From a virus (taxonomy: Duplodnaviria; Caudoviricetes), in IMG/VR virus record IMGVR_UViG_3300005326_000706, positions 1-42,551 of that record: 42,551 nucleotides of DNA; one strand, given 5' to 3'. Of this stretch, positions 1 through 9,449 are shown one piece after another (position 1 is the first letter of the stretch; each line of letters opens with the position of its first letter). The notes beneath the pieces are model-generated. The model did not search any database. It was not told where the DNA came from and saw only the letters and a program-made list of their open reading frames with translations. The translations under genes and the position numbers were made by a program.

Positions 1-636
1 CTATTTTGGGGGGTGCCACTGGACTGAGAGGTCATATTTCGTGACGGAGGGGTCATAATTGATCATGGCTTCGAAGAAGGATGTCTCGCCGGCGGGGATG
101 GCTTCGGCCCGGCTTGCGTAGACTTCTTCGATGGTAATGAGGCGATTGGTCTGGTCCAGGGCGCGCACCTTGATTTTGACCCACTTGGCGGTTTGTTTGC
201 CCATATTCTTTACTGTGCCTTTGACCACGATGTACTGGTTTTGCTGTTCGGCCACCCATTCGATGACTTTGACGTCGGGGCCTGTGCTCGAGGAGGACGT
301 TGTCCCCTGTTGGCTGGGTGTTGTGGTGGGTGGGTAGTACGCCTGGCTCCTAACGCTATAGCCTCTCTCTTTCTCCTCGATGGCTCTGAGCCTGCCGTTT
401 TCGAACGTGAGCTGATAAATAAAGTCCCCTTCTCCCTGGTTGTAGAGGAGCTCTTCCCTGGTCCCGTGCGAGCCAACACTCTTATCTGCCGATTGCGGAT
501 GGCCGCAGTGTCTGACGACGGTGGATACCGAGTCGCCAACACGAACCATCCCATCCTTGCAGCGGATTGAATCTGTGGCATATGCATGGTGTGTTGCCAG
601 TAATGACAATATTATGCAGAAAACTGACGCTTTCAT
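1..636 (-). CDS. Secreted protein, DUF2845-like N-domain plus FxLYD-like C-domain
   Basis: Signal peptide ending AYA; 'IRCKDGMVRVGDS..V..HCGHP' DUF2845-like; S/T/P linker; 'VVKGTVKNMG...VKIKVRALD' FxLYD-like. Confidence 0.7.
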   Translation of the reverse strand: MKASVFCIILSLLATHHAYATDSIRCKDGMVRVGDSVSTVVRHCGHPQSADKSVGSHGTREELLYNQGEGDFIYQLTFENGRLRAIEEKERGYSVRSQAYYPPTTTPSQQGTTSSSSTGPDVKVIEWVAEQQNQYIVVKGTVKNMGKQTAKWVKIKVRALDQTNRLITIEEVYASRAEAIPAGETSFFEAMINYDPSVTKYDLSVQWHPPK

Positions 637-683
637 ATGGTGCCGTCCTTATATAAAGGGAGAACTTTAGTTTCTGGCGGCTA

Positions 684-1397
684 TCATGGTGTATCGAGTG
701 TTTTCTTAAATTCTTTTACTTTAAGTTTGAATAATTTTTGTTTGGCGTCATCATCAATCTGTTTAACACGTTCTTTGTACTCCGCCGTAAGCTCATTCAT
801 TTTTTCGTTGAGGGCGATTTTGCTTGCTATCGGCCTTGCAGTTTCTAGTCTTGCGAGCGACCGGCTTAATAGCATATTTTTTTGCTCGGCTGGCATGCTG
901 GCGCTGTTTTCCACTTCTCTTGTTAGACCTTCGATCTTTTCTATATATTCTTCTATTTCATACCCTTTCATATTTTTTAGGTCTTGTATGGAATAATTAA
1001 GAAACTCGGCGAGCCGATATGCTGCCATATCGTTATTGTTGGTATGGTTAGTTGTTGGCTGGGTATCGTTGGCGTGATTGGTTGTCGGTTGGTTTTCTGG
1101 TGTGTCCGATCTGGGTGATTGGTCTACCTCTGTTGCGTTAGTTGGGTTGCTGATCGCCGGTTCCCTTGAATTACCTGAAATGCCCCACCACGCAATCGCA
1201 ATCGCAATCAATGTGGTTGCTATGACAATTGGCTTCCATTGGGAAATAGTTCTGGAATCAATCGGTGGCCTTGCAGTTTCTTCTTTGGCCCCCTGCGTGT
1301 CGGTTGTGGAATTCGGAATTCTTGAAAATATAACTCCACATCCATAGCACTCATCACTTTTTTGCTGTACGCGGCCACATTTTGGGCAAGTGATCAT
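684..1397 (-). CDS. Zinc-ribbon, single-TM membrane protein
   Basis: CPKC..CYGC at the N-terminus, hydrophobic IVIATTLIAIAIAWW, helical C-terminus. Confidence 0.7.
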   Translation of the reverse strand: MITCPKCGRVQQKSDECYGCGVIFSRIPNSTTDTQGAKEETARPPIDSRTISQWKPIVIATTLIAIAIAWWGISGNSREPAISNPTNATEVDQSPRSDTPENQPTTNHANDTQPTTNHTNNNDMAAYRLAEFLNYSIQDLKNMKGYEIEEYIEKIEGLTREVENSASMPAEQKNMLLSRSLARLETARPIASKIALNEKMNELTAEYKERVKQIDDDAKQKLFKLKVKEFKKTLDTP

Positions 1398-1588
1398 AAC
1401 GAAGCCCCCTCTTTTTTTGGGTGGATCTCGATATTGCCCGTAGAGATATGGATGTTTGTACCGCCACTTATGGTGATTATCTGCTGTACGATGCGTGGCT
1501 GATCTTCGCTTTCATCTGGTGGCGTCGGTGCAGCCTGTGACATGGAGCCGACGATCTGTGAACGAAGGGTCGGTGATTCGATGGACAT
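1394..1588 (-). CDS. Small hypothetical protein
   Basis: AGGAGG RBS before ATG at 1588; stop overlaps the start of the next gene. Confidence 0.5.
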   Translation of the reverse strand: MSIESPTLRSQIVGSMSQAAPTPPDESEDQPRIVQQIITISGGTNIHISTGNIEIHPKKEGASL

Positions 1589-1843
1589 GATTCTGTTTCC
1601 TCCTTTGATTGTTGGGTTTATTGAGTGGTTGAGCGAGCACGGCCGACACAAAGGGGGGAAATAAAAGGTCCATACAGAAAGCAAGTTGTACGCCATAAAC
1701 GACTTATTTCATAAGTTGTGGCCGATACTAAGCTTTTTGGTATAAGTAAAAGGAAGCCTCGGCAAAGGTTGTGGCATCTTCTCCCGGGAGTGCTCTGGCT
1801 GTGCTTAGTAAAATGACACGATTTTACTCACCGGGGCGTCTCC

Positions 1844-2290
1844 TTATGAAAGAAGTCGGAGCCATCGCAGGATGGACCGCTTGTCCGGCTTCTTCTTCTT
1901 TTCGTAGAGCTCCTCGTAGTAGATGGCGATGAGCTCGGCCTTCTTGTCGGGCTTCAGGGTCAACCGCAGCATCTCCAGCCCCTCTTCCACGGCCCCGATG
2001 ATCTCCGTCAGCACCTCCAGGTTTACCGTGGACACACAGGGAGGGCATTGAGCCTTTTCCTCCGCCTTCTCTCCGACTCTCATCATGCCTTCGCCAGCAA
2101 CCAACCACTCAACACTTATTCCAAATTTCTCCCGAATGAGAAGCAAGACATCAGCGGAAGGGAAGTGAAGCCCTCTCTCCCAGGTAGAGATGGTGTTTTT
2201 ATGCTTCACCTCGAGGGCTTCAGCCAATTGGGCCTGGGTAAGTCCCAGTTTTTCCCGCGCCGTTTTGAGTCTTTCACCGATGCTTGTCAT
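1844..2290 (-). CDS. Phage repressor, XRE-family HTH
   Basis: 'IGERLKTAREKLGLTQAQLAEALEV...TISTWERG..FPS' Cro/CI HTH; divergent from the early operon; start taken at MTSIGERL. Confidence 0.9.
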   Translation of the reverse strand: MTSIGERLKTAREKLGLTQAQLAEALEVKHKNTISTWERGLHFPSADVLLLIREKFGISVEWLVAGEGMMRVGEKAEEKAQCPPCVSTVNLEVLTEIIGAVEEGLEMLRLTLKPDKKAELIAIYYEELYEKKKKPDKRSILRWLRLLS

Positions 2291-2299
2291 GATTTTTTG

Positions 2300-2450
2300 T
2301 GAGCAAAACCCCGCTGGAGTTTTGCTCATTTCTAGGCTGTATGAGCAAAACCGGTAAGAGTCTGTAATAATTACAAATAACAAAAAATTGTTCCGATTGA
2401 CTTTTGCTCACCGATTTTTGTGTTGACTGCACACAAAAATCATTTACCAT
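2300..2450. promoter_or_regulatory. Immunity/switch region with repeated operator half-sites and candidate early promoter
   Basis: TGAGCAAAA at 2300 and 2342, its inverse TTTTGCTCA at 2320 and 2402; 11-bp inverted repeat GATTTTTGTGT/ACACAAAAATC (2413-2441) overlapping TTGACT-16-TACCAT (2423-2450). Confidence 0.7.
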
Positions 2451-2540
2451 GTCAGCATGTTGTTGGGCGCATCTTACTGGTGGCTTCTGTCCGTGTCAAA
2501 GCGGCAGTCCGGACTCCGTTGAGGAAAGGAGGAGATTTTT

Positions 2541-2975
2541 ATGGCACAGCCCAGACAACTTTTAATTTTTGGCCCGTCGATCAACCCCGTGACGTGTCTG
2601 AAGACCTCGATGAGACAGACGCTCAAAGATTCGCGGTGGAGCCGCGAGCAGGTGGTGGATCGGATGAACGAGATCGCGGCGAGGGAAAAGCTGAAGGTGG
2701 GGCGCGCAGCAAGGATCACGGTGGCGCTCCTCGATGCCTGGGTCGCCGAATCCAAGGGAAACGTCATCCCTCTGGGGCTTCTGCCGGTCTTTTGCGTGGC
2801 TGCCGAAAGCCTCTCCGCCCTCGAGGTCCTGGCCGCATGCTGCCAGGCCAAGGTGGTGGGGGAGCGGGATGCGAGAATCCTCGAGGCGGCAAAGCTCGAT
2901 CTTGCAGTGAAACGACTTTCAACCCGCAGGCGAAAGCTGCAGCGGGAGATCTTGGAGGAAGACTATGGGAGTTGA
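2541..2975 (+). CDS. Early phage regulatory protein (CII-like)
   Basis: AGGAGG RBS; 'SREQVVDRMN...LDAWVAESK...IPL..LPVFC' resembles regulators found before MuA in transposable phages. Confidence 0.6.
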   Translation: MAQPRQLLIFGPSINPVTCLKTSMRQTLKDSRWSREQVVDRMNEIAAREKLKVGRAARITVALLDAWVAESKGNVIPLGLLPVFCVAAESLSALEVLAACCQAKVVGERDARILEAAKLDLAVKRLSTRRRKLQREILEEDYGS

Positions 2976-3291
2976 CATGGATGCGCCGAGTCTCCTTGAG
3001 GCTCGGCGACAAAGATACCGGGACATCAAGGCGGAGATGATCCGGCGGGGGATCACGACGGCGCAGGTCGCGCGAGAGCTCGGGATACATCCCGCATCGG
3101 TCACGAAAGTGATCCAGGGAATCTACAAGAGCAAGCGCGTGACCGATGCCTTACTGCACCACGGGATACCAGGGGGGCTTCTCGAGAACATCCCAGGCTC
3201 CGAGTACAAGGGACTCCTCTATGGGGCAGGGGCCGAAAACAAACCATCCGATGGCGAACCCAAAGGAGAACAGAAGGAGGCTGTGTCATGA
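2965..3291 (+). CDS. Ner/Cro-like HTH protein
   Basis: 'IKAEMIRRGITTAQVARELGIHPASVTKVIQG..KSKRV' HTH. Confidence 0.75.
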   Translation: MGVDMDAPSLLEARRQRYRDIKAEMIRRGITTAQVARELGIHPASVTKVIQGIYKSKRVTDALLHHGIPGGLLENIPGSEYKGLLYGAGAENKPSDGEPKGEQKEAVS

Positions 3292-3767
3292 CGGAAGCGA
3301 CGGAAGTGAAAACGGTGGTGTTGGCTACGGAAGGAACACTTCGGCATTACGCGGTCAACCCGATCTCGGCCGAAAACCTCAGACGCAGTCTTTCCGGAGC
3401 GGCCGCCAGGTCCAAGGATGGGCTGGTCTGCGTGATGGTACGCCTCAAGGAGGGGAGTCGTGTCCCGGATGATATCGATGTAGACCTGCTGAGCCGGACC
3501 GACCGGAACCTCTTCGAGGGGTGGACCGATGGAGAGCTCGTAGAGGGCTCGCCCGGTATCGAGCTCGAGTGCCCCGCCCTGTCCGTCCTATGCCTTAAGC
3601 CCTGGCGGCCAGAGCGCGTGTTTGAAAACATCAGCCTGGTCGTTTCGGTGGGCGCGATCGAGTCTTTGTACGTGAGCTACTTCGATAAGTTCGCCGAGCC
3701 CGACCCGCTCTCTCTCCCGGAACCCTGGGAGATCGGCAGCCCGCGCCTGTGCGAGATCTATAACTAG
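3288..3767 (+). CDS. Hypothetical protein
   Basis: AAGGAGG RBS; ATGA overlap with the upstream gene. Confidence 0.65.
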   Translation: MTEATEVKTVVLATEGTLRHYAVNPISAENLRRSLSGAAARSKDGLVCVMVRLKEGSRVPDDIDVDLLSRTDRNLFEGWTDGELVEGSPGIELECPALSVLCLKPWRPERVFENISLVVSVGAIESLYVSYFDKFAEPDPLSLPEPWEIGSPRLCEIYN

Positions 3768-3793
3768 ACGTTCTTCACCCAGGCGAGCGCCAA

Positions 3794-6199
3794 ATGGACG
3801 AACTCTACGTAACCCTCGAAGAACTGATTGAGGCGACGGGTATTCCCCGCGCTACCCTTGATCGTCGCCTCAAGGCCCTTGGGATCGAGCCCGAGCGGAG
3901 AGTGAACGGCTCGGGTCGCCCCAAGAACTACTATCCGATCTCGGACCTCCCGGATGACTGGCAGCTCAAGGTCAACATAAAGAGGAACGAGAAGCACCTC
4001 TCCGAGCTCAAAGCCCAGGGGCTTCTCGATCCTCCTTCTCTCGTCAGGCGCGGCCGCCCACGGAAGGGACTTCCGGTCCCTGTTTCCGTTCCGGCCCCTG
4101 CCTCCGCATCCAATCTCCCAGCGATATCGGGATCTACCGCGCTCATCTCTTCCGCCTGCTCCCTTCCGGCCTCATGGGAGGGGCTTAAGCAAGAGAAGAT
4201 AGATCGGGTTTTCGCCGAGGCTCACCTCGTGGGCCTTTACCGGGAGCATTACGGGAAGGCTCAAGGGTGGGGATCTCTCGGACCGGCAAGGGAGCAGTTT
4301 GTAAGCGCCTACAACCTGGGAGATGCAGGGGCTTTCCCCGAGCTCTTTAGAATCATCGGCCCTGTCGGGCGCTCGACTCTCGATGCCTGGGACCATCGCA
4401 TCAAGGTAGAAGGAAACGATTGCTTCGCCCTGGCCGACCGGCGCGGCAAATGGCGCAAGGGGCAGCGGGCCGTAACGGAAGCGCAGGGAAAGATTCTGGC
4501 CCAGGTGGCCTTATCCCCCAACGCCCCTCTCATCGCAGAAGTCATCCGCAGGGCCAGGGACCGCATGGCCTTAGAAGGCATCCCCTGCGAGACCTCGGAC
4601 GACACCCTGCGCCGCTTCCTTGGCGACTACAAGAAGGCCAACCTGGCTAAATGGACCGCCGTAAGGCAGGGGCATAAGGCCGTAAACGACAAGCTCGTCT
4701 ACCACATGAGCCGCGACTACGACGCCATCGAGGTCGGAGACATCCTCTTTTGCGACGGCCATGTGTTCAACGCGGGCTCCGAGCACCCGGACACGGGCAA
4801 GGAAGTCCGGATGATGCTCGTGACCTGGTTCGACATGAAGTCGTCATATCCGGTCGGCTGGGAGATCTCGCCCACTGAAAACACTCAGGCCGTGGCGACG
4901 GCCCTCTACCGGGCCATCCTCTGCCTGGGAAAACTCCCCAAGGTTGCATATCTCGACAACGGCAAAGCCTTTAGGAGCCGCTTTTTTAACGGGGTAGACG
5001 ACCTGCGCAAAACCCCTCTCATGGGCGCCTTCCAGCTTCTCGGGATGGAGAAGATCTTCGCCTGGGCCTATCACGGCGAATCCAAAACGCAGGAGCGCTG
5101 GCACAGGACCCTTGCCGAGCTCGAGCGCGAGCTCTCTTCCTACCGCGGCACATCCATAGATTTGAAAGTCCCCCGGCTCATGCGGGGCGAGAAGCTCCAC
5201 GTGGCTCTATATCAGGCGATAACCGGCGGCAAGGTCCCCTCGACCTTGGATCTTCACCGGGACCTGGCCGATTGGGTGGACCGCTACGCAGGACGCCCCC
5301 AGAGAGGACACCTCAAGGGGATGACTCCCCAGGCGGTTTTCGATGCCGGGCGGGGACCGGGGTTTACCGAGGATGAAGCGCGGCGCCTCCGGTTGCTCCT
5401 CATGACGTATGCGGTGCGCTCCATCCACCGGGACGGCATCAAGATGCCCTGGAGCGAGCAGCGGTTCTATCACCCAGGCCTTTACGGGCGGGCGGGGCAG
5501 CCCGGCATCGTTCGCTTCGATGAATTGGACCGGGACCGGGTGTGGGTCTACGACACGGGAAACCGCTTCATTTGCGAGGCCTCACGCATGCGGGCGGTCC
5601 ATCCGGCCGCGCGCGTGCTCGGGAGCGAGGCCGACCAGGAGGAGCTCAAGCGGCAAATCGAGCTCAAACGGCACCTTGAAAAGCAGACCTTCGGCCAGGC
5701 GCGGGCGTTTGTCGAAGCGGTGGTGGTTCCCGAAATGGAGCGGCGCGAGGCGGCCAAGGAGGAGGAGCGGCGTGAAGCCTTGAAGGCCGGGGAAAAGATC
5801 TCCGTCAAGAGAGCGGTTGAGGCTCCGCCCATGACCGAGGCCGAGGCGCGGCGGATACAGGCGGAATTCGAGGCGGCCATGCTTTGCCGGGAAGAGGAGC
5901 GGGCGGCTGAAGAGGCGGCCAAGGGCGCGGAGGCGGACCTGGATCTATTCGCTTTCGTCGATCCGGAACCCGCGCCGGAGCTCTCTTTCTGGGAGCAAGT
6001 GGCCCTTCTCCCGGACATGGACAGGTACGAAAAAGATATCGAGTCTCAGGTCAAGGGGATGCTCATCCCCCAAATGGAGCAGGCGTGGATGAGCTACTTC
6101 GAAAAGACGCCTGAATACGGGCGATTCATGGACTACTTCGAGCAGCACAAAAGGAAGATGGCGCTGATGTACGGAGCTGAAAAGGAGGAGCAATCATGA
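3794..6199 (+). CDS. Mu-like DDE transposase (MuA)
   Basis: N-terminal HTH; catalytic motifs FCDGH, YLDNG, SKTQERW; Mu transposase C-terminal-like 'VRFDELDRDRVWVYD..NRFICEA'. Confidence 0.93.
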   Translation: MDELYVTLEELIEATGIPRATLDRRLKALGIEPERRVNGSGRPKNYYPISDLPDDWQLKVNIKRNEKHLSELKAQGLLDPPSLVRRGRPRKGLPVPVSVPAPASASNLPAISGSTALISSACSLPASWEGLKQEKIDRVFAEAHLVGLYREHYGKAQGWGSLGPAREQFVSAYNLGDAGAFPELFRIIGPVGRSTLDAWDHRIKVEGNDCFALADRRGKWRKGQRAVTEAQGKILAQVALSPNAPLIAEVIRRARDRMALEGIPCETSDDTLRRFLGDYKKANLAKWTAVRQGHKAVNDKLVYHMSRDYDAIEVGDILFCDGHVFNAGSEHPDTGKEVRMMLVTWFDMKSSYPVGWEISPTENTQAVATALYRAILCLGKLPKVAYLDNGKAFRSRFFNGVDDLRKTPLMGAFQLLGMEKIFAWAYHGESKTQERWHRTLAELERELSSYRGTSIDLKVPRLMRGEKLHVALYQAITGGKVPSTLDLHRDLADWVDRYAGRPQRGHLKGMTPQAVFDAGRGPGFTEDEARRLRLLLMTYAVRSIHRDGIKMPWSEQRFYHPGLYGRAGQPGIVRFDELDRDRVWVYDTGNRFICEASRMRAVHPAARVLGSEADQEELKRQIELKRHLEKQTFGQARAFVEAVVVPEMERREAAKEEERREALKAGEKISVKRAVEAPPMTEAEARRIQAEFEAAMLCREEERAAEEAAKGAEADLDLFAFVDPEPAPELSFWEQVALLPDMDRYEKDIESQVKGMLIPQMEQAWMSYFEKTPEYGRFMDYFEQHKRKMALMYGAEKEEQS

Positions 6200-6292
6200 G
6201 GTTGGGTGACGGGCACCCATAAAAAATAGCCGCCTCCGATGGGCCAAATCGAAGGCGGCTCCAAACAACTTGAAAAAACGAGGGGTGAAACA

Positions 6293-7030
6293 GTGGAAAC
6301 CATAAAGTTTACGCCGCAATTGATCAAGACAAAATCCTTCCGTGATTCCGCCGTAGCCGTCGACGGGGCCGTGACCATGCCGGGAGATGAGCAGCTTATC
6401 GGGATCTGTGGAGCTGCGGGGATGGGCAAGACCTTCACGTCGGAGGTCCTGGCGGCTCAGTACGGCGGGGTTTACGTCAGGGTGCAGTACATCTGGAAGA
6501 AATCCGAGCTTGAATTTGCGCAGGCGCTCTGCCGCGGCGTCGGGATGGTCTCGCCTCCCTCGCGCAAGGGGAAATGCTGGCTCGAGGTCATAGCACGGCT
6601 CAAGGGAACCAACCGGCCCGTCTTCCTCGATGAAATGCAGCGGTTGCCCAAGGACTTCCTGCTCCTAGCCCTGGATCTAACCGACGCCACCAAGTGTCCG
6701 GTGATCCTCGTGGGAGAACCCGAGCTCAAGGGCATGATGGAGGAAAACAAGCGGATGTGGAGCCGGACGTTCCAGTTCATCGAGTTTGAGCCCATCGCGG
6801 TGAGCGACGTGATGCTCTACGCGGCCGATGCGACCGGGATCGGGCTCGATCCTGGTATTGCGGGCATTCTTCACACGGCGGCCAAGGGGGATTTCAGGAT
6901 CGTAAAGCGTTCCATGCGCGCCCTGGTGCAGTTCGTAAACGCCAAAGGGGCCGGGAAAGACGGAAAGCCCCAGGTGACCGAAGAGATGGCCAGAATCGCC
7001 GCCCAGGCGGGCTTGAAGGGCAAGGAGTAG
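6293..7030 (+). CDS. MuB-like AAA+ transposition ATPase
   Basis: Walker A GAAGMGKT, Walker B VFLDE; directly after the transposase; GTG start with GAGGGG RBS. Confidence 0.9.
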   Translation: METIKFTPQLIKTKSFRDSAVAVDGAVTMPGDEQLIGICGAAGMGKTFTSEVLAAQYGGVYVRVQYIWKKSELEFAQALCRGVGMVSPPSRKGKCWLEVIARLKGTNRPVFLDEMQRLPKDFLLLALDLTDATKCPVILVGEPELKGMMEENKRMWSRTFQFIEFEPIAVSDVMLYAADATGIGLDPGIAGILHTAAKGDFRIVKRSMRALVQFVNAKGAGKDGKPQVTEEMARIAAQAGLKGKE

Positions 7031-7032
7031 CC

Positions 7033-7629
7033 ATGGAGCTGAAGCTTGGGGTGAAAGAAGAGACCTTTGCGGGAAAGATCCGCGAGGCTGCCAGGCGGCT
7101 TGGCGCGGCGGGCGGGACCTTTACGGTTCAAGACCTCGGGGCCGAGGCTGGGGTGCAGGAGTATGCGGATCACCGGAGGATCGGCCAGGTCATGCGCGAT
7201 TTTTTGAACGCGGGCGAGGTGGAGCGGGCCGAGCCCGGCCGCTACCGCTACCTCGGCAAGGGGCGCAAGAAGCGCACAAAGCAGGACATCATGTGGGACT
7301 TCGCCCGTATTCGAGGAACGGTCACCCTTGAGGACCTGCAGGAGGTGGCCGGGGTCTCGGAAGACTATGCGAGGGAGTGGGTCGGGCGGTACGTGCGCAT
7401 GGGGATCGTGGTCAATCATGGCGAGAAATACCGGTTCATCGAGACGCCTCTTGAGATGCCCGTGTGCCACGAGAAAGCGGCTTACTTGAGGGAGCTTCGA
7501 TCTAAGCGAAAGGCGGCCCTGGCCGCCCTGGGGCGGGCCGCTGTTGCTCTGGATGAGGCGAGGGTTGCGGTGAACGAGGCGCTTGTTGCCGTGGCCGAGG
7601 TGGGTGAGGGTGAGGAGGAGACGAAATGA
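7033..7629 (+). CDS. Early hypothetical protein, probable winged-helix DNA-binding
   Basis: AGGAG RBS; two wHTH-like segments. Confidence 0.6.
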   Translation: MELKLGVKEETFAGKIREAARRLGAAGGTFTVQDLGAEAGVQEYADHRRIGQVMRDFLNAGEVERAEPGRYRYLGKGRKKRTKQDIMWDFARIRGTVTLEDLQEVAGVSEDYAREWVGRYVRMGIVVNHGEKYRFIETPLEMPVCHEKAAYLRELRSKRKAALAALGRAAVALDEARVAVNEALVAVAEVGEGEEETK

Positions 7630-7856
7630 GAACGTGTCCGTTGATGCTTTTGGTGGCTTCAGATCCGGCGGCGGCGGGCGGCCGGGTTAAATGCCTCGGG
7701 AAAGATTGCGCCTGGTGGACCGAGGTTAGGGACGCTCGCGGCTATATCGCGGCCGAGCGGTGCGCGGTGCCGCTCATGGCGGTGGGGGCCATACGGCGGG
7801 TCTGCGCCTTCGGCACCATCGCGGACGAGCTCCAGGACGTCGTAACGGAGGAGTAG
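7626..7856 (+). CDS. Small Cys-containing hypothetical protein
   Basis: 'CP...C.GKDCAWW...CA'; GAGGAG RBS; ATGA overlap. Confidence 0.65.
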   Translation: MRTCPLMLLVASDPAAAGGRVKCLGKDCAWWTEVRDARGYIAAERCAVPLMAVGAIRRVCAFGTIADELQDVVTEE

Positions 7857-7867
7857 CGAGGTGTGCC

Positions 7868-8158
7868 GTGAAAGTGGAAACGACCGTAACACTCAAACAT
7901 CTATCCAGGGAGGAGCTCCTGGAGCTCTTTTCGAGGGTGGCACCGCTGGTCAGGGAATCGGATCTCCTGTGGGCTCGCTGGAATGTCTTGGCCAGGAAGG
8001 CGCAGCGAATCGCGGATGCATCCCTCGAAGGTCCAAAGCCTTCGACTCATGCGGAATTCTCCGCGGCATCGAAGGCTTTCGACCGCGCCATGAGGCTTTG
8101 GGAACGGGCGGATGAGACGTATGCGCGCATGGAGCGGCTGCGAGAGAAAGGGAGGTGA
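7868..8158 (+). CDS. Hypothetical protein
   Basis: GAGG RBS before GTG; fills the operon gap. Confidence 0.55.
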   Translation: MKVETTVTLKHLSREELLELFSRVAPLVRESDLLWARWNVLARKAQRIADASLEGPKPSTHAEFSAASKAFDRAMRLWERADETYARMERLREKGR

Positions 8159-8162
8159 GAAA

Positions 8163-8687
8163 ATGTATGCGGGAGCAAGGAAGGCGAGGCAGGGGGCCGT
8201 AAATGGGCGTCAGATCGCGCTCATTCACGTGGCCAGGGCGAAGACGGGAATGGATGAGGCGGCCTATCGGGACATGCTCCAGGATGTCACCGGCGGGGCG
8301 GCCTCGAGCTCGAAGGATTTGACCGTTCCACAGTTCGAGGAGTGCATGAGAAGGTTTGCGGCTTTGGGGTTTAAGGGTACGGGCGGAAAACCTTGGCCGC
8401 CGGCCAAGGCGAAGCGTTTTGCCGAGGCTCGAAAAGAGAGGTTCCTCGCCTGGGAGCGGGGACTTGAGCCTCCTCCGGAGAAACTGCCGCTCATGGGGAA
8501 GATCAGCGCCCTGCTGTGCGCTCAGGGGAAATCCTGGGCTTACGCTCACGGAATGGCTCAGAAGATGTTTGCGGTCGAAAAGGTCGGCTGGTGCCATCCG
8601 GAGCAACTGCACGCGATCGCCGCAGCACTCTCCATCCACGGGCGGCGTGGTGCGAGGAAGGGGGAATCAGGTGCAAAAGAGGGATGA
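8163..8687 (+). CDS. gemA: Mu gp16/GemA-like protein (DUF1018)
   Basis: 'IALIHVARAKTGMDEAAYRDML......SSKDLT' and 'MFAVEKVGWC..EQL.AI' typical of the family. Confidence 0.85.
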   Translation: MYAGARKARQGAVNGRQIALIHVARAKTGMDEAAYRDMLQDVTGGAASSSKDLTVPQFEECMRRFAALGFKGTGGKPWPPAKAKRFAEARKERFLAWERGLEPPPEKLPLMGKISALLCAQGKSWAYAHGMAQKMFAVEKVGWCHPEQLHAIAAALSIHGRRGARKGESGAKEG

Positions 8688-8838
8688 GACCGGGGACTGC
8701 ACCGCGTGCAGCCACAAGAAGGCTTTGAGCAATAAGGCGTTCCGAGGTGTGCGCATCCCGGATGGACCGGGCAAGTGCGTCCGGCCTTACGGGCTCTGCG
8801 AGTCGAAGGAAAAGGCGCGGGAAGGGGGTGCGCGTTGA
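8671..8838 (+). CDS. Small Cys-rich hypothetical protein
   Basis: GTG start after a purine-rich RBS; CTAC...C...C; overlaps neighbours at both ends. Confidence 0.45.
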   Translation: MQKRDETGDCTACSHKKALSNKAFRGVRIPDGPGKCVRPYGLCESKEKAREGGAR

Positions 8839-9212
8839 GGGCCTGGGGAAGCGTGTGGCCGCTTGAATTTCACCTGGCGGGAGATCCTCCGGCACCGTTC
8901 GTGCCGGTGCTTGCAACCGACGGCCGCAATATGGGGATCGCCGTCTTTGCGGGCGGCCGCTACCACTGGCAGATTCCGGGAGCTTTCGGCGATGTGCTGG
9001 GATGGTCCGAGCTGCCGCATCCTCTCGGCTGCTTAGAGGATCTCTTGAGGGAGCGCGCTGGATGCCCCAAGTGCCGTGTTTGCGGCGAGCGGATGATGCG
9101 GTGGGGATGGTGGGGGGCGGAATCAGAGCCCTTCGAGTGGTGGTACTGCATGCGGTGCGACCTGGAAGGACATGCTCCGTACTTTCAGGTGCATCCGACG
9201 AGAGGGAGGTAA
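8835..9212 (+). CDS. Hypothetical protein with C-terminal zinc ribbon
   Basis: CPKCRVC...CMRC; TTG start overlapping the previous stop. Confidence 0.55.
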   Translation: MRAWGSVWPLEFHLAGDPPAPFVPVLATDGRNMGIAVFAGGRYHWQIPGAFGDVLGWSELPHPLGCLEDLLRERAGCPKCRVCGERMMRWGWWGAESEPFEWWYCMRCDLEGHAPYFQVHPTRGR

Positions 9213-9244
9213 AGCGTATATGGGGGTGGTGGAAGAAATGCACG

Positions 9245-9445
9245 ATGAGGCTTGAACGACGTTTTGCAAAGCACGAGCGGCTGAGGCGGAGGTTTGCGCG
9301 CCTTAGGATCGAACGGCTCACGGGGGCATCGCTGGGGGAATATCTGCAATACCCAGCGGCCTACGAGGAGCACGTCCGGGCCATGAGAAACGGCAGAGGC
9401 ATCCATCGGGACGACTTCAGGCCCCATTGGGCCGTGGTGAGGTAG
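9245..9445 (+). CDS. Small basic hypothetical protein
   Basis: Fills the operon gap; start uncertain. Confidence 0.35.
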   Translation: MRLERRFAKHERLRRRFARLRIERLTGASLGEYLQYPAAYEEHVRAMRNGRGIHRDDFRPHWAVVR

Positions 9446-9449
9446 GGCC

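Noticed and set aside
1697-1843. Left phage end or transposase binding sites
   Set aside because: Only short palindromes; no repeated end motif or matching right end visible
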